Source of the DNA: an uncultured Gammaproteobacteria bacterium
GTDB taxonomy: Bacteria > Patescibacteriota > Microgenomatia > Woykebacterales > RBG-16-39-9b
DNA: 64,000 nt
Direction of reading: 5' to 3'
NCBI GenBank assembly: GCA_965231125.1
Contig: OZ246414.1
Location: 81,739-145,738 of the forward strand
Under the pieces are notes generated by a model. The model worked only from the letters and a program-made list of their open reading frames with translations, searched no databases and was not told the DNA's origin. Every line of letters starts with the position of its first letter. The stretch's first letter is position 1. The position numbers were made by a program, and so were the translations under genes. Positions 34,343-43,632 of the stretch are shown here, one piece after another.

Positions 34343-35825
34343 GATGGCAGAACCCAACCAAGAAAAGACAGCGGCATATTTTCCTGAGATACCGACAGAT
34401 TTGCCGGAGAACGTCCCGTCTTATCCTGGCAAAAATCTACCCCGCGCCTATAAACCGGCGGCACCCTCCCGCGACGTTACTCACGGGCTGTTGGAGGGGA
34501 CGCGGAGTTTTGCCTCGGAAGTAAATTTTGATCCAGTTACAACTTTAAACCTGCCGGATAAAAACGTCTACGTGCGGCCGGTTAAAAACCTAAAATCCCG
34601 GGATATCACTCCATTACCTCTCAACGGCCCATTAAGTTTGCCTTCCAAAGGGGAGAAGATTTTTGATCTCTCGGCCGACTTTCAACGTCAGATTGAAGCG
34701 CGACTTTCTTATATTATGAATCAGTATGAAACCAAATCTAACCCTAACTTACCTGATTTAGCTCCACCACCTAACCTTAGTCCGGAGACTCCCAGTCCGG
34801 CGGAAACTGCTCCTGCCGCTGCCCAACCTGGGCAAGCTGTCCAGCGCCCGGTTATCAGCCCAGAAATTAGCGCGGCGGCCCAAGTCCCTCAAAGAGCACT
34901 GGAGACGCCACCTGCTCAACCCCAGAGTCCGGTTCCATATCAATCAGCCAATCGGTTACCTTCTGACCAAGAAGCTCTGCTTGATATTCTAACTAGACTA
35001 GAGAGGCAAATCCGAGAGTTGGAGATTCAAAAAAACGCCGCCCAAGCAAGGGTTGTTGAGCTAACCAACAAATATCAATCGCAAATTTTGGCGCTGGCAA
35101 AAAACCAAGAAGGTTTTAGCTCTGTTATTGAGCAGCTGAAAAATCAACTTGTCGAGGAGCAAAAAAAGAAACTGGCCGGGGACGCCATGGTCAACACTAT
35201 TAAAACAGAATCCCAAGTCGAAATTCAAAGACTAAAGATTGAAAGAGACTCTCTTCTTTCCCAGCTAAAAGAGGCCCAGACCAAAATTTCTGATCTACAA
35301 CAGACCGCGTCTAAATTCCCAGTTTCAGAAATACAAGTATCCGAACTTAAGGCCCGCCTGGCCCAGGTGGAGAGGGAAAGATCTGATTCCGAGGAAAAGA
35401 TAATGAAGTTGCAAAGTTTGGTGGACGATTTAAGGACGGGTTCCCGTGTGGCTGAGGAAGAAAGACACGTTATCACTGCTCAGGCGGTACCAGTAGAGTC
35501 TCTGACCACGGCAAAAATCGTGTCCCCGGCCCCAGCGTTTGGAAAAATGGCGCCTCCACTTACCACCATTCCTAACGTTGTTAACGGTATCATCAAAGAT
35601 CGCGCTGGCCTGCTCTTAACTGATGTCATAATTGTCGTAAAAGATGAGGCGAGTAACCCTGTAAGGGCCTTAAAATCGAATAAAATTGGTCAATTTGCTA
35701 TCTCAACACCACTACCAACCGGCACTTACACTATGGAACTTGAAAAAGAGGGTCAAGAATTTGATCTTGTCCAAATAAAATTGGAAGGAAAAGTAATGCC
35801 ACCCGTGGAAATAAAATCTCGGTAA
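34329..35825 (+). CDS. Pro-rich / coiled-coil protein with C-terminal carboxypeptidase-regulatory-like beta-sandwich
   Basis: 498 aa. Pro-rich spacer, coiled coil of about 150 aa, C-terminal VNGIIKDRAGLLLTDVIIVVKD..GQFAISTPLPTGTYTMELEKEG. Alternative start at ATG 34344. Confidence 0.5.
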   Translation: MKATEMAEPNQEKTAAYFPEIPTDLPENVPSYPGKNLPRAYKPAAPSRDVTHGLLEGTRSFASEVNFDPVTTLNLPDKNVYVRPVKNLKSRDITPLPLNGPLSLPSKGEKIFDLSADFQRQIEARLSYIMNQYETKSNPNLPDLAPPPNLSPETPSPAETAPAAAQPGQAVQRPVISPEISAAAQVPQRALETPPAQPQSPVPYQSANRLPSDQEALLDILTRLERQIRELEIQKNAAQARVVELTNKYQSQILALAKNQEGFSSVIEQLKNQLVEEQKKKLAGDAMVNTIKTESQVEIQRLKIERDSLLSQLKEAQTKISDLQQTASKFPVSEIQVSELKARLAQVERERSDSEEKIMKLQSLVDDLRTGSRVAEEERHVITAQAVPVESLTTAKIVSPAPAFGKMAPPLTTIPNVVNGIIKDRAGLLLTDVIIVVKDEASNPVRALKSNKIGQFAISTPLPTGTYTMELEKEGQEFDLVQIKLEGKVMPPVEIKSR

Positions 35826-35847
35826 GGGCAGCTGGTTTCAAAACCTT

Positions 35848-36564
35848 ATGGCCAACAAAAAAATTTACACAACTCAAGAACATTTAGATATCGATGACGT
35901 TAGAGACAATTTGGCCGTTCTAAAAAACGGGGAGGCGGTCGCGATTATTCAGACAAACGCGATCAACTTTGACCTTTTAAGTGAAAGGGAGCAGGACGCA
36001 ATGATCTTTGCCTACGCTGGCTTGCTAAACTCCCTCACGTTTCCGATACAAGTTTTGGTGAGATCAAAACGTTTAGATCTTTCCAATTATTTACAGTATC
36101 TTGCTCTTTACCGGCGGCAAGCCAAAAACCCACTTTTGGTTGCCCAAATGGATAAGTACGCCTCTTTTATTAAGGATTTAGTTGCAAGGAATGAGGTTTT
36201 GGATAAGAGATTTTATATAGTTGTGCCTTATCTAGCTATTAGCCTTACTCAATTAAAAAGTCTAGGCGGCGGCCTTTTAGGTAAAAAACCGCGAGGCACA
36301 AATCGCTGGAGCACCATTGAGAAAGCTAAAGTTAATCTTGAGCCAAAAATCGAACACATCGTTAAACAGCTTGCTCGGATTGGAATTAAAGCCAAACAGC
36401 TTACCACTGAAGAATTAGTCGAGCTTTTTTACGACTACTACAACCCCGAGGTAGCCAGGGAACAGAAAGCAGCTCTTTCCACCTCGGAGTACACAACTCC
36501 AATTGTGGAACCGGCGGTAAGCCCAATTTTAGAGCAGTCACAAGGAGACACGAATGCAACTTAA
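35848..36564 (+). CDS. hypothetical T4SS-associated protein (238 aa)
   Basis: The ORF overlaps the VirB4-like gene start by 11 nt. No family recognised with confidence. Confidence 0.45.
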   Translation: MANKKIYTTQEHLDIDDVRDNLAVLKNGEAVAIIQTNAINFDLLSEREQDAMIFAYAGLLNSLTFPIQVLVRSKRLDLSNYLQYLALYRRQAKNPLLVAQMDKYASFIKDLVARNEVLDKRFYIVVPYLAISLTQLKSLGGGLLGKKPRGTNRWSTIEKAKVNLEPKIEHIVKQLARIGIKAKQLTTEELVELFYDYYNPEVAREQKAALSTSEYTTPIVEPAVSPILEQSQGDTNAT

Positions 36565-38428
36565 TCCTTTTAAAAAAAGGGAAAAGGTTGACCCGGTAGA
36601 AGCAGAACTGGCTCAAACCCGAGCAAAAGTGGCCAATGTTCTCGGTAGGGGAATGACAGATGTAAAGGACGTGATTGCTCCACCGGCCATTGAAATCGAC
36701 TTTGATTACTTAAGAATTGGTGAGTTGTACTTCCGCACATTATTTATCACTGGCTACCCTCGCTTTGTCGGTGCTAATTGGCTGGCTCAAATTATAAATT
36801 TTGACCATACCCTTGATATTTCCTTCTACTACTACCCCGTTGAATCGAAGGGAATACTTGACGATCTGCGGCGAAAAATCGCCGAGATGGAGGCTACGAT
36901 TGAAAGCGACCTAGAGGCAGGTAGAGTCTTAGATCCTGGGGTCCGAATTGCTTTAGAGGATGCTCAAGCCCTCCAGGAACAGCTAACCGCTGGTATCGAA
37001 CGCTTCTTCCAGTTTTCTTTCTACATAACCATACCCGCTTACTCCTTAGAAGAACTCAACTCTGTTACCAAACAAGTAGAAGCGGCCCTTGGGTCTCTTT
37101 TGGTCGTCTCCAAGCACGCGACGCTACAACAAGAACAGGCTTTTCAATCTGTCTTACCTACCTTCACCGATAAACTTTTGGTGACTCGGAACATGGACAC
37201 GACTTCTTTGGCTACAACTTTTCCTTTTGTTTCTAGCGAGCTAACTGCTAATGAAGGGGTTATGTACGGCATTAACGAACACAATGGATCTTTGGTCATT
37301 TTTGACCGCTTTAGCCTGGAAAATGCAAACTGCGTCGTCTTTGCAAAATCCGGAGCCGGAAAAAGCTACTTAGTTAAACTGGAGACTTTGCGTCAATTAA
37401 TGTTTGGCACTGAAGTTTTAGTTATCGATCCAGAAAACGAGTATCAAGCCTTAGCCGAGGCGATTGGAGGAGAATATATGGAATTTAAGGCCGAGTCCGG
37501 AATAAAAATAAACCCCTTCGATCTTTCCGGTATCTACCAGCAAGGAGAAAACGAACTAGGTTTAAAAATTTTGGCTCTTCACTCCCTTTTCCGAATTATG
37601 ATGGGTCAGCTAACGCCAATGGAAGATGCTGTTTTAGACAGAGCCTTGGTTGCTACCTATAAATTAAAGGGTATAACTCCAGACCCGGCCACCCAAACAA
37701 GACAGCCGCCGATTATGGAGGACCTTTACAATATCTTACTTAACATGGCGGAGCCGGAAGCTAAGGGAATGGCAACTCGTCTGGAAAAATTCATTCGGGG
37801 TTCTTTATCCGGTGTATTTAATGAGCAAAGCAATATTAACCTTAGAAATACCTTTACTGTTTTTTCTATCCGTGATATGGAGGACGAACTGCGCCCAATT
37901 GCAATGTTCATCGTCTTAGACTTTATCTGGACGAGGATCAAAAGAAATCTTAAAAAGCGGGTTCTTGTGGTAGACGAGGCTTGGTATTTAATGAAGTACC
38001 CTGACTCAGCTGCTTTCATGTACTCCATCGCAAAAAGAGCCCGTAAATACTTTTTAGGGGTGACAACAATAACTCAAGACGTCGAAGACTTTCTTTCTGG
38101 AGATTACGGTAAGGCAATTGTTACTAACTCATCTATGCAATTTCTATTAAAGCAGTCACCGGCGGCGATAGATGCAGTTACTGATATTTTTTATTTGTCC
38201 GAGGGGGAGAGAAATTTACTGCTTTCTGCCGAGATCGGCGAGGGCCTTTTCTTTGCTGGCCCTAACCACGTGGCTATTAGGGTTCAGGCTGCACCACACG
38301 AACACGGGTTAATTACTTCAAACCCAGCTGAGCTTGTTGAGAGTAACCAGCCCTCAAATATTTCCGCGCCAAACAGCCCCCCGACAGAAGAAACTACTTA
38401 TCCGGGGTCTACCCCAAACCAACTCTAA
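36554..38428 (+). CDS. VirB4/TraC/PrgJ-like type IV secretion ATPase
   Basis: 624 aa. Walker A FAKSGAGKSY, Walker B RVLVVDEAW, and a VirB4-like N-terminal domain (FRTLFITGYPRFVGANWL). Confidence 0.85.
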   Translation: MQLNPFKKREKVDPVEAELAQTRAKVANVLGRGMTDVKDVIAPPAIEIDFDYLRIGELYFRTLFITGYPRFVGANWLAQIINFDHTLDISFYYYPVESKGILDDLRRKIAEMEATIESDLEAGRVLDPGVRIALEDAQALQEQLTAGIERFFQFSFYITIPAYSLEELNSVTKQVEAALGSLLVVSKHATLQQEQAFQSVLPTFTDKLLVTRNMDTTSLATTFPFVSSELTANEGVMYGINEHNGSLVIFDRFSLENANCVVFAKSGAGKSYLVKLETLRQLMFGTEVLVIDPENEYQALAEAIGGEYMEFKAESGIKINPFDLSGIYQQGENELGLKILALHSLFRIMMGQLTPMEDAVLDRALVATYKLKGITPDPATQTRQPPIMEDLYNILLNMAEPEAKGMATRLEKFIRGSLSGVFNEQSNINLRNTFTVFSIRDMEDELRPIAMFIVLDFIWTRIKRNLKKRVLVVDEAWYLMKYPDSAAFMYSIAKRARKYFLGVTTITQDVEDFLSGDYGKAIVTNSSMQFLLKQSPAAIDAVTDIFYLSEGERNLLLSAEIGEGLFFAGPNHVAIRVQAAPHEHGLITSNPAELVESNQPSNISAPNSPPTEETTYPGSTPNQL

Positions 38429-39528
38429 ACTTTAACTTCGACAGTTCCTTCATTAACTTTAAAAATTTTACTCTCCTTTAAAATCCACTCAGGGAAGATA
38501 GTCTCCGAAGTGGCGGTGATAATACTTTGCTGCTTTGGCAAAGCCTTAAGTATATGTTCTTGGTTAATTTTATCAAACTCACTTAAAACATCGTCCAAAA
38601 GAAGGGTAGGGTCGGTGCCGAAACTCTCTTTAATAAAGGCTAGCTCGACCAATTTTAAGGCTAAGGTGGCAAGTCTTTTCTCACCCCGAGATCCAAAGAT
38701 ATTAATATCTTTTTCCAGAAGCACGTCCGACTTTAAAGTTTCAAACACTATTTTGAAATCGTCTCGGTGGGGACCAAAAGACGTTACCATTTTTTCGATA
38801 TCGGTTTCTTTGTTTTTTACTAGTTGCAGGCTAATTAGCCTTTTTATTTCACTGGCGTCTTTAACTTTTTCTTTGAACGGCGCGTAATCTATGCGTATAG
38901 TCGCGTTTGCAATTTTTTCACTGGTTTTTTTCAGAAGCTTGTTTATCTCTCCAACAAACGCGAGCCGCCTCTCCCAAATGAAGCTTCCTAGGCTGGCAAT
39001 CTGTTTGTCCCAAGGCAAAAGGTCTTGGGGTTTACCTGCCTTTATAAGCCAGAGGAGTTTATTGCGGTTTTTCATGGCTCTAAAGTACCGGCTCAAAGAG
39101 TAGAGATAGTTTTTATCCGTCACCGAAAGGGTCTGGTCTAAAAACCGTCGTCTTTTTTCCGGACCGCCGGAAACAATATCCAAGCTTTCTGGTGAGAACA
39201 GGACTACCGGAAAGACTCCAATTACGGAGGCTCTGTTTTTGGGTTGATTGTTAACAGAAACTTTTTTCATCGTTTTGTTGATAAGAATTTTAATTTCGTT
39301 ATGCGCGGCGTTACCCCTAACTTGGGCTTCTTCCGCAGCCCAATTAATTAGATCCGCGTCGATATTCGTCCGAAACGATTTCGTGGTGGCTAAAAGATAA
39401 ATGGCTTCAATTATATTTGTCTTACCTTGAGCGTTATTACCGACAAGCAGATTAATTTTCTGAGAAAGAGGTAGTTTCAAATTTGAAATGTTTCTAAAAT
39501 TTTTTAAATAGAGGTTTTCTAACCACAT
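38425..39528 (-). CDS. recF: DNA replication/repair protein RecF
   Basis: 367 aa: LKNFRN...GNNAQGKTNIIEAIYLL and signature LLLDDVLSEFD. Confidence 0.9.
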   Translation of the reverse strand: MWLENLYLKNFRNISNLKLPLSQKINLLVGNNAQGKTNIIEAIYLLATTKSFRTNIDADLINWAAEEAQVRGNAAHNEIKILINKTMKKVSVNNQPKNRASVIGVFPVVLFSPESLDIVSGGPEKRRRFLDQTLSVTDKNYLYSLSRYFRAMKNRNKLLWLIKAGKPQDLLPWDKQIASLGSFIWERRLAFVGEINKLLKKTSEKIANATIRIDYAPFKEKVKDASEIKRLISLQLVKNKETDIEKMVTSFGPHRDDFKIVFETLKSDVLLEKDINIFGSRGEKRLATLALKLVELAFIKESFGTDPTLLLDDVLSEFDKINQEHILKALPKQQSIITATSETIFPEWILKESKIFKVNEGTVEVKV

Positions 39529-40631
39529 TAGTTCTGGGTTCGAACCGGCATAACAAGATACATAAATGAGGGGTCTTCGGCAGACTTTATCAGTGCTGGT
39601 TTATCGGGGCCGGCGAATTGAACCTCAAACTTTTCGCCGGTTAGTACTCCTACGCCCTCGGCGAGAAAACGACTGTTAAAAGATATTTTGATATCCTGTC
39701 CCTTAACTTTAGCCTGTAGACTTACCCTTCCTTCCCCAATTTGCGCTGAAGAAGCGCTTATAGATTGCTCTTTCTCGCTAAAGAGTAGGTGAACAACATT
39801 TCCGATATCTTTTGCAAAGGTGGTCGCCGTTTTTAGATTACTAAGAAAATCCTCTTTTTCTAAGAGAGCACTCGCGATAAATTGATCTGGAATTATTTGT
39901 TCAAACTTAGGGAATTCTCCCGCAAGTAGTTTTGTAAATACTTCTGTATGGGCTACTTCAAAGTAGGCTTGATTATCGCCCCGCGATATACCTATATTTA
40001 TAAACTCATCTTCTGATTCATCAAGAATTTTGCTTGACTCCATAAGTACACGCGCCGGAACAATTACTTCTTCCTCGTCCAGAAGGACTCCCATATCTTT
40101 TTTGGCGAGCCGATAACCGTCGGTTGCAACTAGCTGAGTGTTTTCTTTATTGGTCCTAAACAAGACTCCTGTTAGGATTGGTCGCCCTTCGTCTAAACTT
40201 GCAGCTACCCCTACTTGTTTTACCGAAGACAAGAGAGATTTTTTTTTAATTTTTTTGCTTTTTGATTTCTCTGCTTCCGGTGGGGTGGGGAACTCGCTGG
40301 CGGAAATTGTCGGCACGCTCGCGTGCGTTTTGGCGGTGTTGATCACTAAGCTTTCTTTTTCTAATTCTAATGATATCTTCTCGTCCGCTACACTAGCCAA
40401 AAACTCAATTAAAGTTCTTGCTGGAGCGGTTACTGCCCCTTCATTTAAAATCTTCGCTGGGACCCAGGTTTTGATTGTTGTTTCTAAATCCGTACCAATT
40501 AATCTCAACCCCCCAGATTCTGTTTCCATGAGGATATTACCTAAGACCGGAGTTGTCGGTTTAACCGTCACTGCTTTACCAACAAAACTGACCGCTTTGT
40601 AAATATCATCTTTGTTGATCTGTAATTTCAT
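39528..40631 (-). CDS. dnaN: DNA polymerase III beta sliding clamp
   Basis: Start at ATG 40631 (MKLQINKDDIYKAV). Three-domain clamp length. PILGNILMET, TDGYRLA. Confidence 0.9.
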   Translation of the reverse strand: MKLQINKDDIYKAVSFVGKAVTVKPTTPVLGNILMETESGGLRLIGTDLETTIKTWVPAKILNEGAVTAPARTLIEFLASVADEKISLELEKESLVINTAKTHASVPTISASEFPTPPEAEKSKSKKIKKKSLLSSVKQVGVAASLDEGRPILTGVLFRTNKENTQLVATDGYRLAKKDMGVLLDEEEVIVPARVLMESSKILDESEDEFINIGISRGDNQAYFEVAHTEVFTKLLAGEFPKFEQIIPDQFIASALLEKEDFLSNLKTATTFAKDIGNVVHLLFSEKEQSISASSAQIGEGRVSLQAKVKGQDIKISFNSRFLAEGVGVLTGEKFEVQFAGPDKPALIKSAEDPSFMYLVMPVRTQN

Positions 40632-40765
40632 ATATAGTATATATAATATAATAGTAGTATTAGGCGGTGTCAAAATGTCAGTAACTAGATGCAGGTTACA
40701 ATGACGTTAGAGGGCAGCAAAGGACACACTTCTCTGTGCAAAACATGTGAGCAGAAGGTGAGTAA
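40632..40765. other. dnaA-dnaN intergenic region with AT-rich tract (candidate origin/DUE)
   Basis: tatatagtatatataatataatagtagtatta at 40631-40662. I could not find clear consensus DnaA boxes. Confidence 0.25.
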
Positions 40766-42160
40766 CTACACCCCGTTTATGGAGTTTGTGAAAACACGCG
40801 CCCTTATCTGAGTGATTAATCCACGAGTTTTTGACGAGCCGTCAAGCAGGCGTTTGATTTTTTCCACAGAGTAAATCACACTGGTGTGGTCGGACTTGTT
40901 TAACAAGGAGGCGATTTTTTGCAGCGGTAGAGTTAGATCCATTCTCAGAATGTACATAGCTATCTGGCGAGGGAACACAATGTCAGACCGGCGGCTCGCG
41001 CTTTTCAAATCCTTTATCGAAAGCGAGAAGTATTTAGCCACCTGTAAAATAACAAAATCTGAGTTTGTCTGCGCGGTCTTCTCAAGACGGGTCAACTGAA
41101 GAACTTGCTGGACTAAATCTTCTGAGACAGGCTGGTTAGAAAATTTAGAATAAGTTAGCAGTCTAATGAAACCACCTTCAAGATCACGGATATTATTAAC
41201 GTAGACCTGCGCCAAAAGGCGGATTATTTTAGTCGGAAGCTGGACGCTTCGATCTTTACATTTTTGATAAAGTACAGCTTCGCGAAGTTCGAACTCTGGA
41301 GCGGCGATGTCGGCTATCATCCCGGCCTCAAAACGACTTTTTAATCTTTCGGCAAGACGGCCAATTAAAGCCGGCTGTCGATCGGCGGCCAAAACTACCT
41401 GTTTTCTCGCCGCGAATAGAGCATTGAAAGTGTGGAAGACCTCCTCTTGGGTAGATTCCCGTCCTGATAAAAACTGGACATCGTCGATCACGAGTAGATC
41501 AGCACTGCGGTATTTAGCTCTAAAATTAGTAGTCGTCTTGGTTTGAATGGCAGCAACTAAATCATTAGTAAATTCTTCACAGGTAGAATAGAAGACTTTA
41601 AGTTTGGGATTTTTCGCTAAAGCCTCCTGGGCAATAGCCTGGATGAGATGAGTCTTACCAACCCCAACCCCGCCGTAAATGAAAAGGGGGTTGTAAGGCT
41701 TGTCACCAAGTTCGGAGACCGCTTTAGCGGCAGCATAAGCGAGTTGGTTACTTTTGCCGGAGACGAAAGCGTTGAAGGAAAAGGCCGGGTTAAGCCGTGC
41801 CTTTGTTAAAGCTTCCTGTAATTCATCAACGTCGGTATTAGTGAAAAGCGCTGGCAATGAGTAAGCTTCCCGTACCCTTCTGAGTTTAGATTTGTTGGTA
41901 ACCTCTTTTTCCAAAGGGCGAACGCTAAAAACGATGCTAATATTTTTGGCAGTAGCTTTGTCTAAAATAGATTTAATTTGGCCATGGTAGCGAGATTCCA
42001 GCCAGTTTTTTACGTAGGAAGAGCTGCAGCCAATTTCTACCAAATTTTCGTCCAAAGAAACTAAGGTGGTCTTTCCTTTAAACCAAGTCTGAAAATTTGC
42101 AGCCGATAAATCCATCTGCAATTGAGCTAAGGTTGATTCCCAAAGATTATTTTTATCCAT
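40766..42160 (-). CDS. dnaA: chromosomal replication initiator DnaA
   Basis: Start at ATG 42160 (MDKNNLWESTLAQLQ). AAA+ GGVGVGKTHL, LLVIDDVQFL, C-terminal DNA-binding KSASRRSDIVFPRQIAMY. Confidence 0.95.
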   Translation of the reverse strand: MDKNNLWESTLAQLQMDLSAANFQTWFKGKTTLVSLDENLVEIGCSSSYVKNWLESRYHGQIKSILDKATAKNISIVFSVRPLEKEVTNKSKLRRVREAYSLPALFTNTDVDELQEALTKARLNPAFSFNAFVSGKSNQLAYAAAKAVSELGDKPYNPLFIYGGVGVGKTHLIQAIAQEALAKNPKLKVFYSTCEEFTNDLVAAIQTKTTTNFRAKYRSADLLVIDDVQFLSGRESTQEEVFHTFNALFAARKQVVLAADRQPALIGRLAERLKSRFEAGMIADIAAPEFELREAVLYQKCKDRSVQLPTKIIRLLAQVYVNNIRDLEGGFIRLLTYSKFSNQPVSEDLVQQVLQLTRLEKTAQTNSDFVILQVAKYFSLSIKDLKSASRRSDIVFPRQIAMYILRMDLTLPLQKIASLLNKSDHTSVIYSVEKIKRLLDGSSKTRGLITQIRARVFTNSINGV

Positions 42161-42392
42161 AAGATGGCAATTAATGACGTCCTCCCCGAGCCAAGTCGGG
42201 GTTGCCGACGTTTTCTCGCCCCGATAAATCGGGCCTCGAAAATAAATCACGCGAGCGTGATGGGCCGAGTTAAGGACTCGGTAGGCAGGGGGTAGATCTT
42301 TCAAAAGAGGTAAAACTATATTAGGTAAAAGTACCGAGACGGTCAAGAAGGACATACTACTACCTTTCTGTATCAGTAGATTCTGGGCGCAT

Positions 42393-42421
42393 TTGACATT
42401 GGTAGAGTCCTTATCTATACT
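42393..42421 (+). promoter_or_regulatory. TTGACA-N17-TATACT promoter 6 nt upstream of the rpmH start
   Basis: TTGACA 42393-42398, TATACT 42416-42421, GTG 42428. Confidence 0.5.
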
Positions 42422-42427
42422 ACTCTC

Positions 42428-42565
42428 GTGCCAAAAAGAACGTACCAACCAAAAAAATTAAAAAGAGCCAAAAAACACGGCTTTCGGGCTAGGGCCAAAA
42501 CAAAAGGCGGACAACAAGTCCTTAAAAGAAGAATATTAAAGGGAAGAAAACGACTTTCGGTTTAA
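42428..42565 (+). CDS. rpmH: 50S ribosomal protein L34 (absent from the ORF track because it is under 60 aa)
   Basis: GTG start. Translation (M)[44 protein letters not shown]. Stop TAA 42563-42565 overlaps the rnpA ATG. Confidence 0.9.
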   Translation: MPKRTYQPKKLKRAKKHGFRARAKTKGGQQVLKRRILKGRKRLSV

Positions 42566-42909
42566 TGCTCCCGAAAAGAAATAGATTAAATTTAAAAAAA
42601 GACAGGTTTTTAAAAGGGAGTACTCAATTTGCGAGCCCCTTTTTTAAGTTGCTTTTAAAGAAAAGCGCAGGAGACGGACCAAAGATCGGGTTTATTGTCA
42701 GTGGTAAAGTAGGCAAGGCGGCTTCTCGAAACCGGGTTAAAAGACTACTGTCCGAGGCAGCGGCAAGTAAATTAGAAATGATTTCCGAAGACGCTCTCCT
42801 CATTTTTATCGCTTTTCCTGCTTCTGGCAAAGCCGGTCTGGAGGAAATAAAAACTAGTGTTGATGATACCCTCTCTAAAGCAAAAATACTCAAAGGAGGA
42901 AGTCTATAA
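42565..42909 (+). CDS. rnpA: ribonuclease P protein component
   Basis: 114 aa, LPKRNRL...FIVSGKVGKAASRNRVKR. Canonical rpmH-rnpA-yidC order. Confidence 0.85.
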   Translation: MLPKRNRLNLKKDRFLKGSTQFASPFFKLLLKKSAGDGPKIGFIVSGKVGKAASRNRVKRLLSEAAASKLEMISEDALLIFIAFPASGKAGLEEIKTSVDDTLSKAKILKGGSL

Positions 42910-43632
42910 ATGGTAAATTTTTTTGTAGACCTCTTGATTAAACTTAATAACATAACGGGAAACTTAGGCGTAACGCTAATTGTTGTTGGAATTGTCAGCA
43001 GAGCAATCTTCTACCCGTTCTTAAAATCAGCCTACAAACAAAGTCAGCTCCAAAGAGAATTAAAGTCGAAAATGGATGAGCTCAAGAAAAAGCACAAAGA
43101 TAAATCCAGGCTTGCTAAAGAGCAAATGAGGCTTTATCGCGAAATGGGGATTAACCCTGTCGCTGGTTGCCTTTCTCTACCAATTCAGCTCGTCGTGCTC
43201 TACCTGATATTTGCTGGGTTGCGGCGGATTCTGGGCTCTGGGGTGGAAACCCATTTTTTAATTTGGGATTTAGCAAAGCCAGATACATATAAATTTGCGA
43301 GTATACCGTTTGCTATACCGGGCATTCTTATCGTTCTTACGGCGGTAGCGACTTTTTTCCAGACGAAAATGGCGACCCCGACTGCCCCAACACCGCCTCC
43401 CAAAAACCAGAAAGATGGTAGTGGGAATGTAGATTTTACCGAAGCATTAGCCGCCTCGCAAGGCCAAATGGTATTCTTATTACCAATTGTAATCTTATTC
43501 AGCGGTATTAGCTTTCCCGCTGGACTCGCGCTCTATTGGTTTGCGGGAAGTTTCTTTGGTATAATCCAACAATATTATATCGCTGGCTGGGGAGGTTTAA
43601 CTCCATGGGTAAAGATGTTGAAAAAAGCCTAG
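42910..43632 (+). CDS. yidC: membrane protein insertase YidC (short form)
   Basis: 240 aa: LQRELKSKMDELKKKHKDK..QMRLYREMGINP..GC. Confidence 0.85.
   Translation: MVNFFVDLLIKLNNITGNLGVTLIVVGIVSRAIFYPFLKSAYKQSQLQRELKSKMDELKKKHKDKSRLAKEQMRLYREMGINPVAGCLSLPIQLVVLYLIFAGLRRILGSGVETHFLIWDLAKPDTYKFASIPFAIPGILIVLTAVATFFQTKMATPTAPTPPPKNQKDGSGNVDFTEALAASQGQMVFLLPIVILFSGISFPAGLALYWFAGSFFGIIQQYYIAGWGGLTPWVKMLKKA

Noticed and set aside
40766-42448. ORF-track DnaA start at 42448 (560 aa)
   Set aside because: The 96-codon extension covers the rpmH promoter and the hairpin region, and even overlaps the rpmH start on the other strand. The canonical DnaA N-terminus (MDKNNLWES..) starts at 42160.
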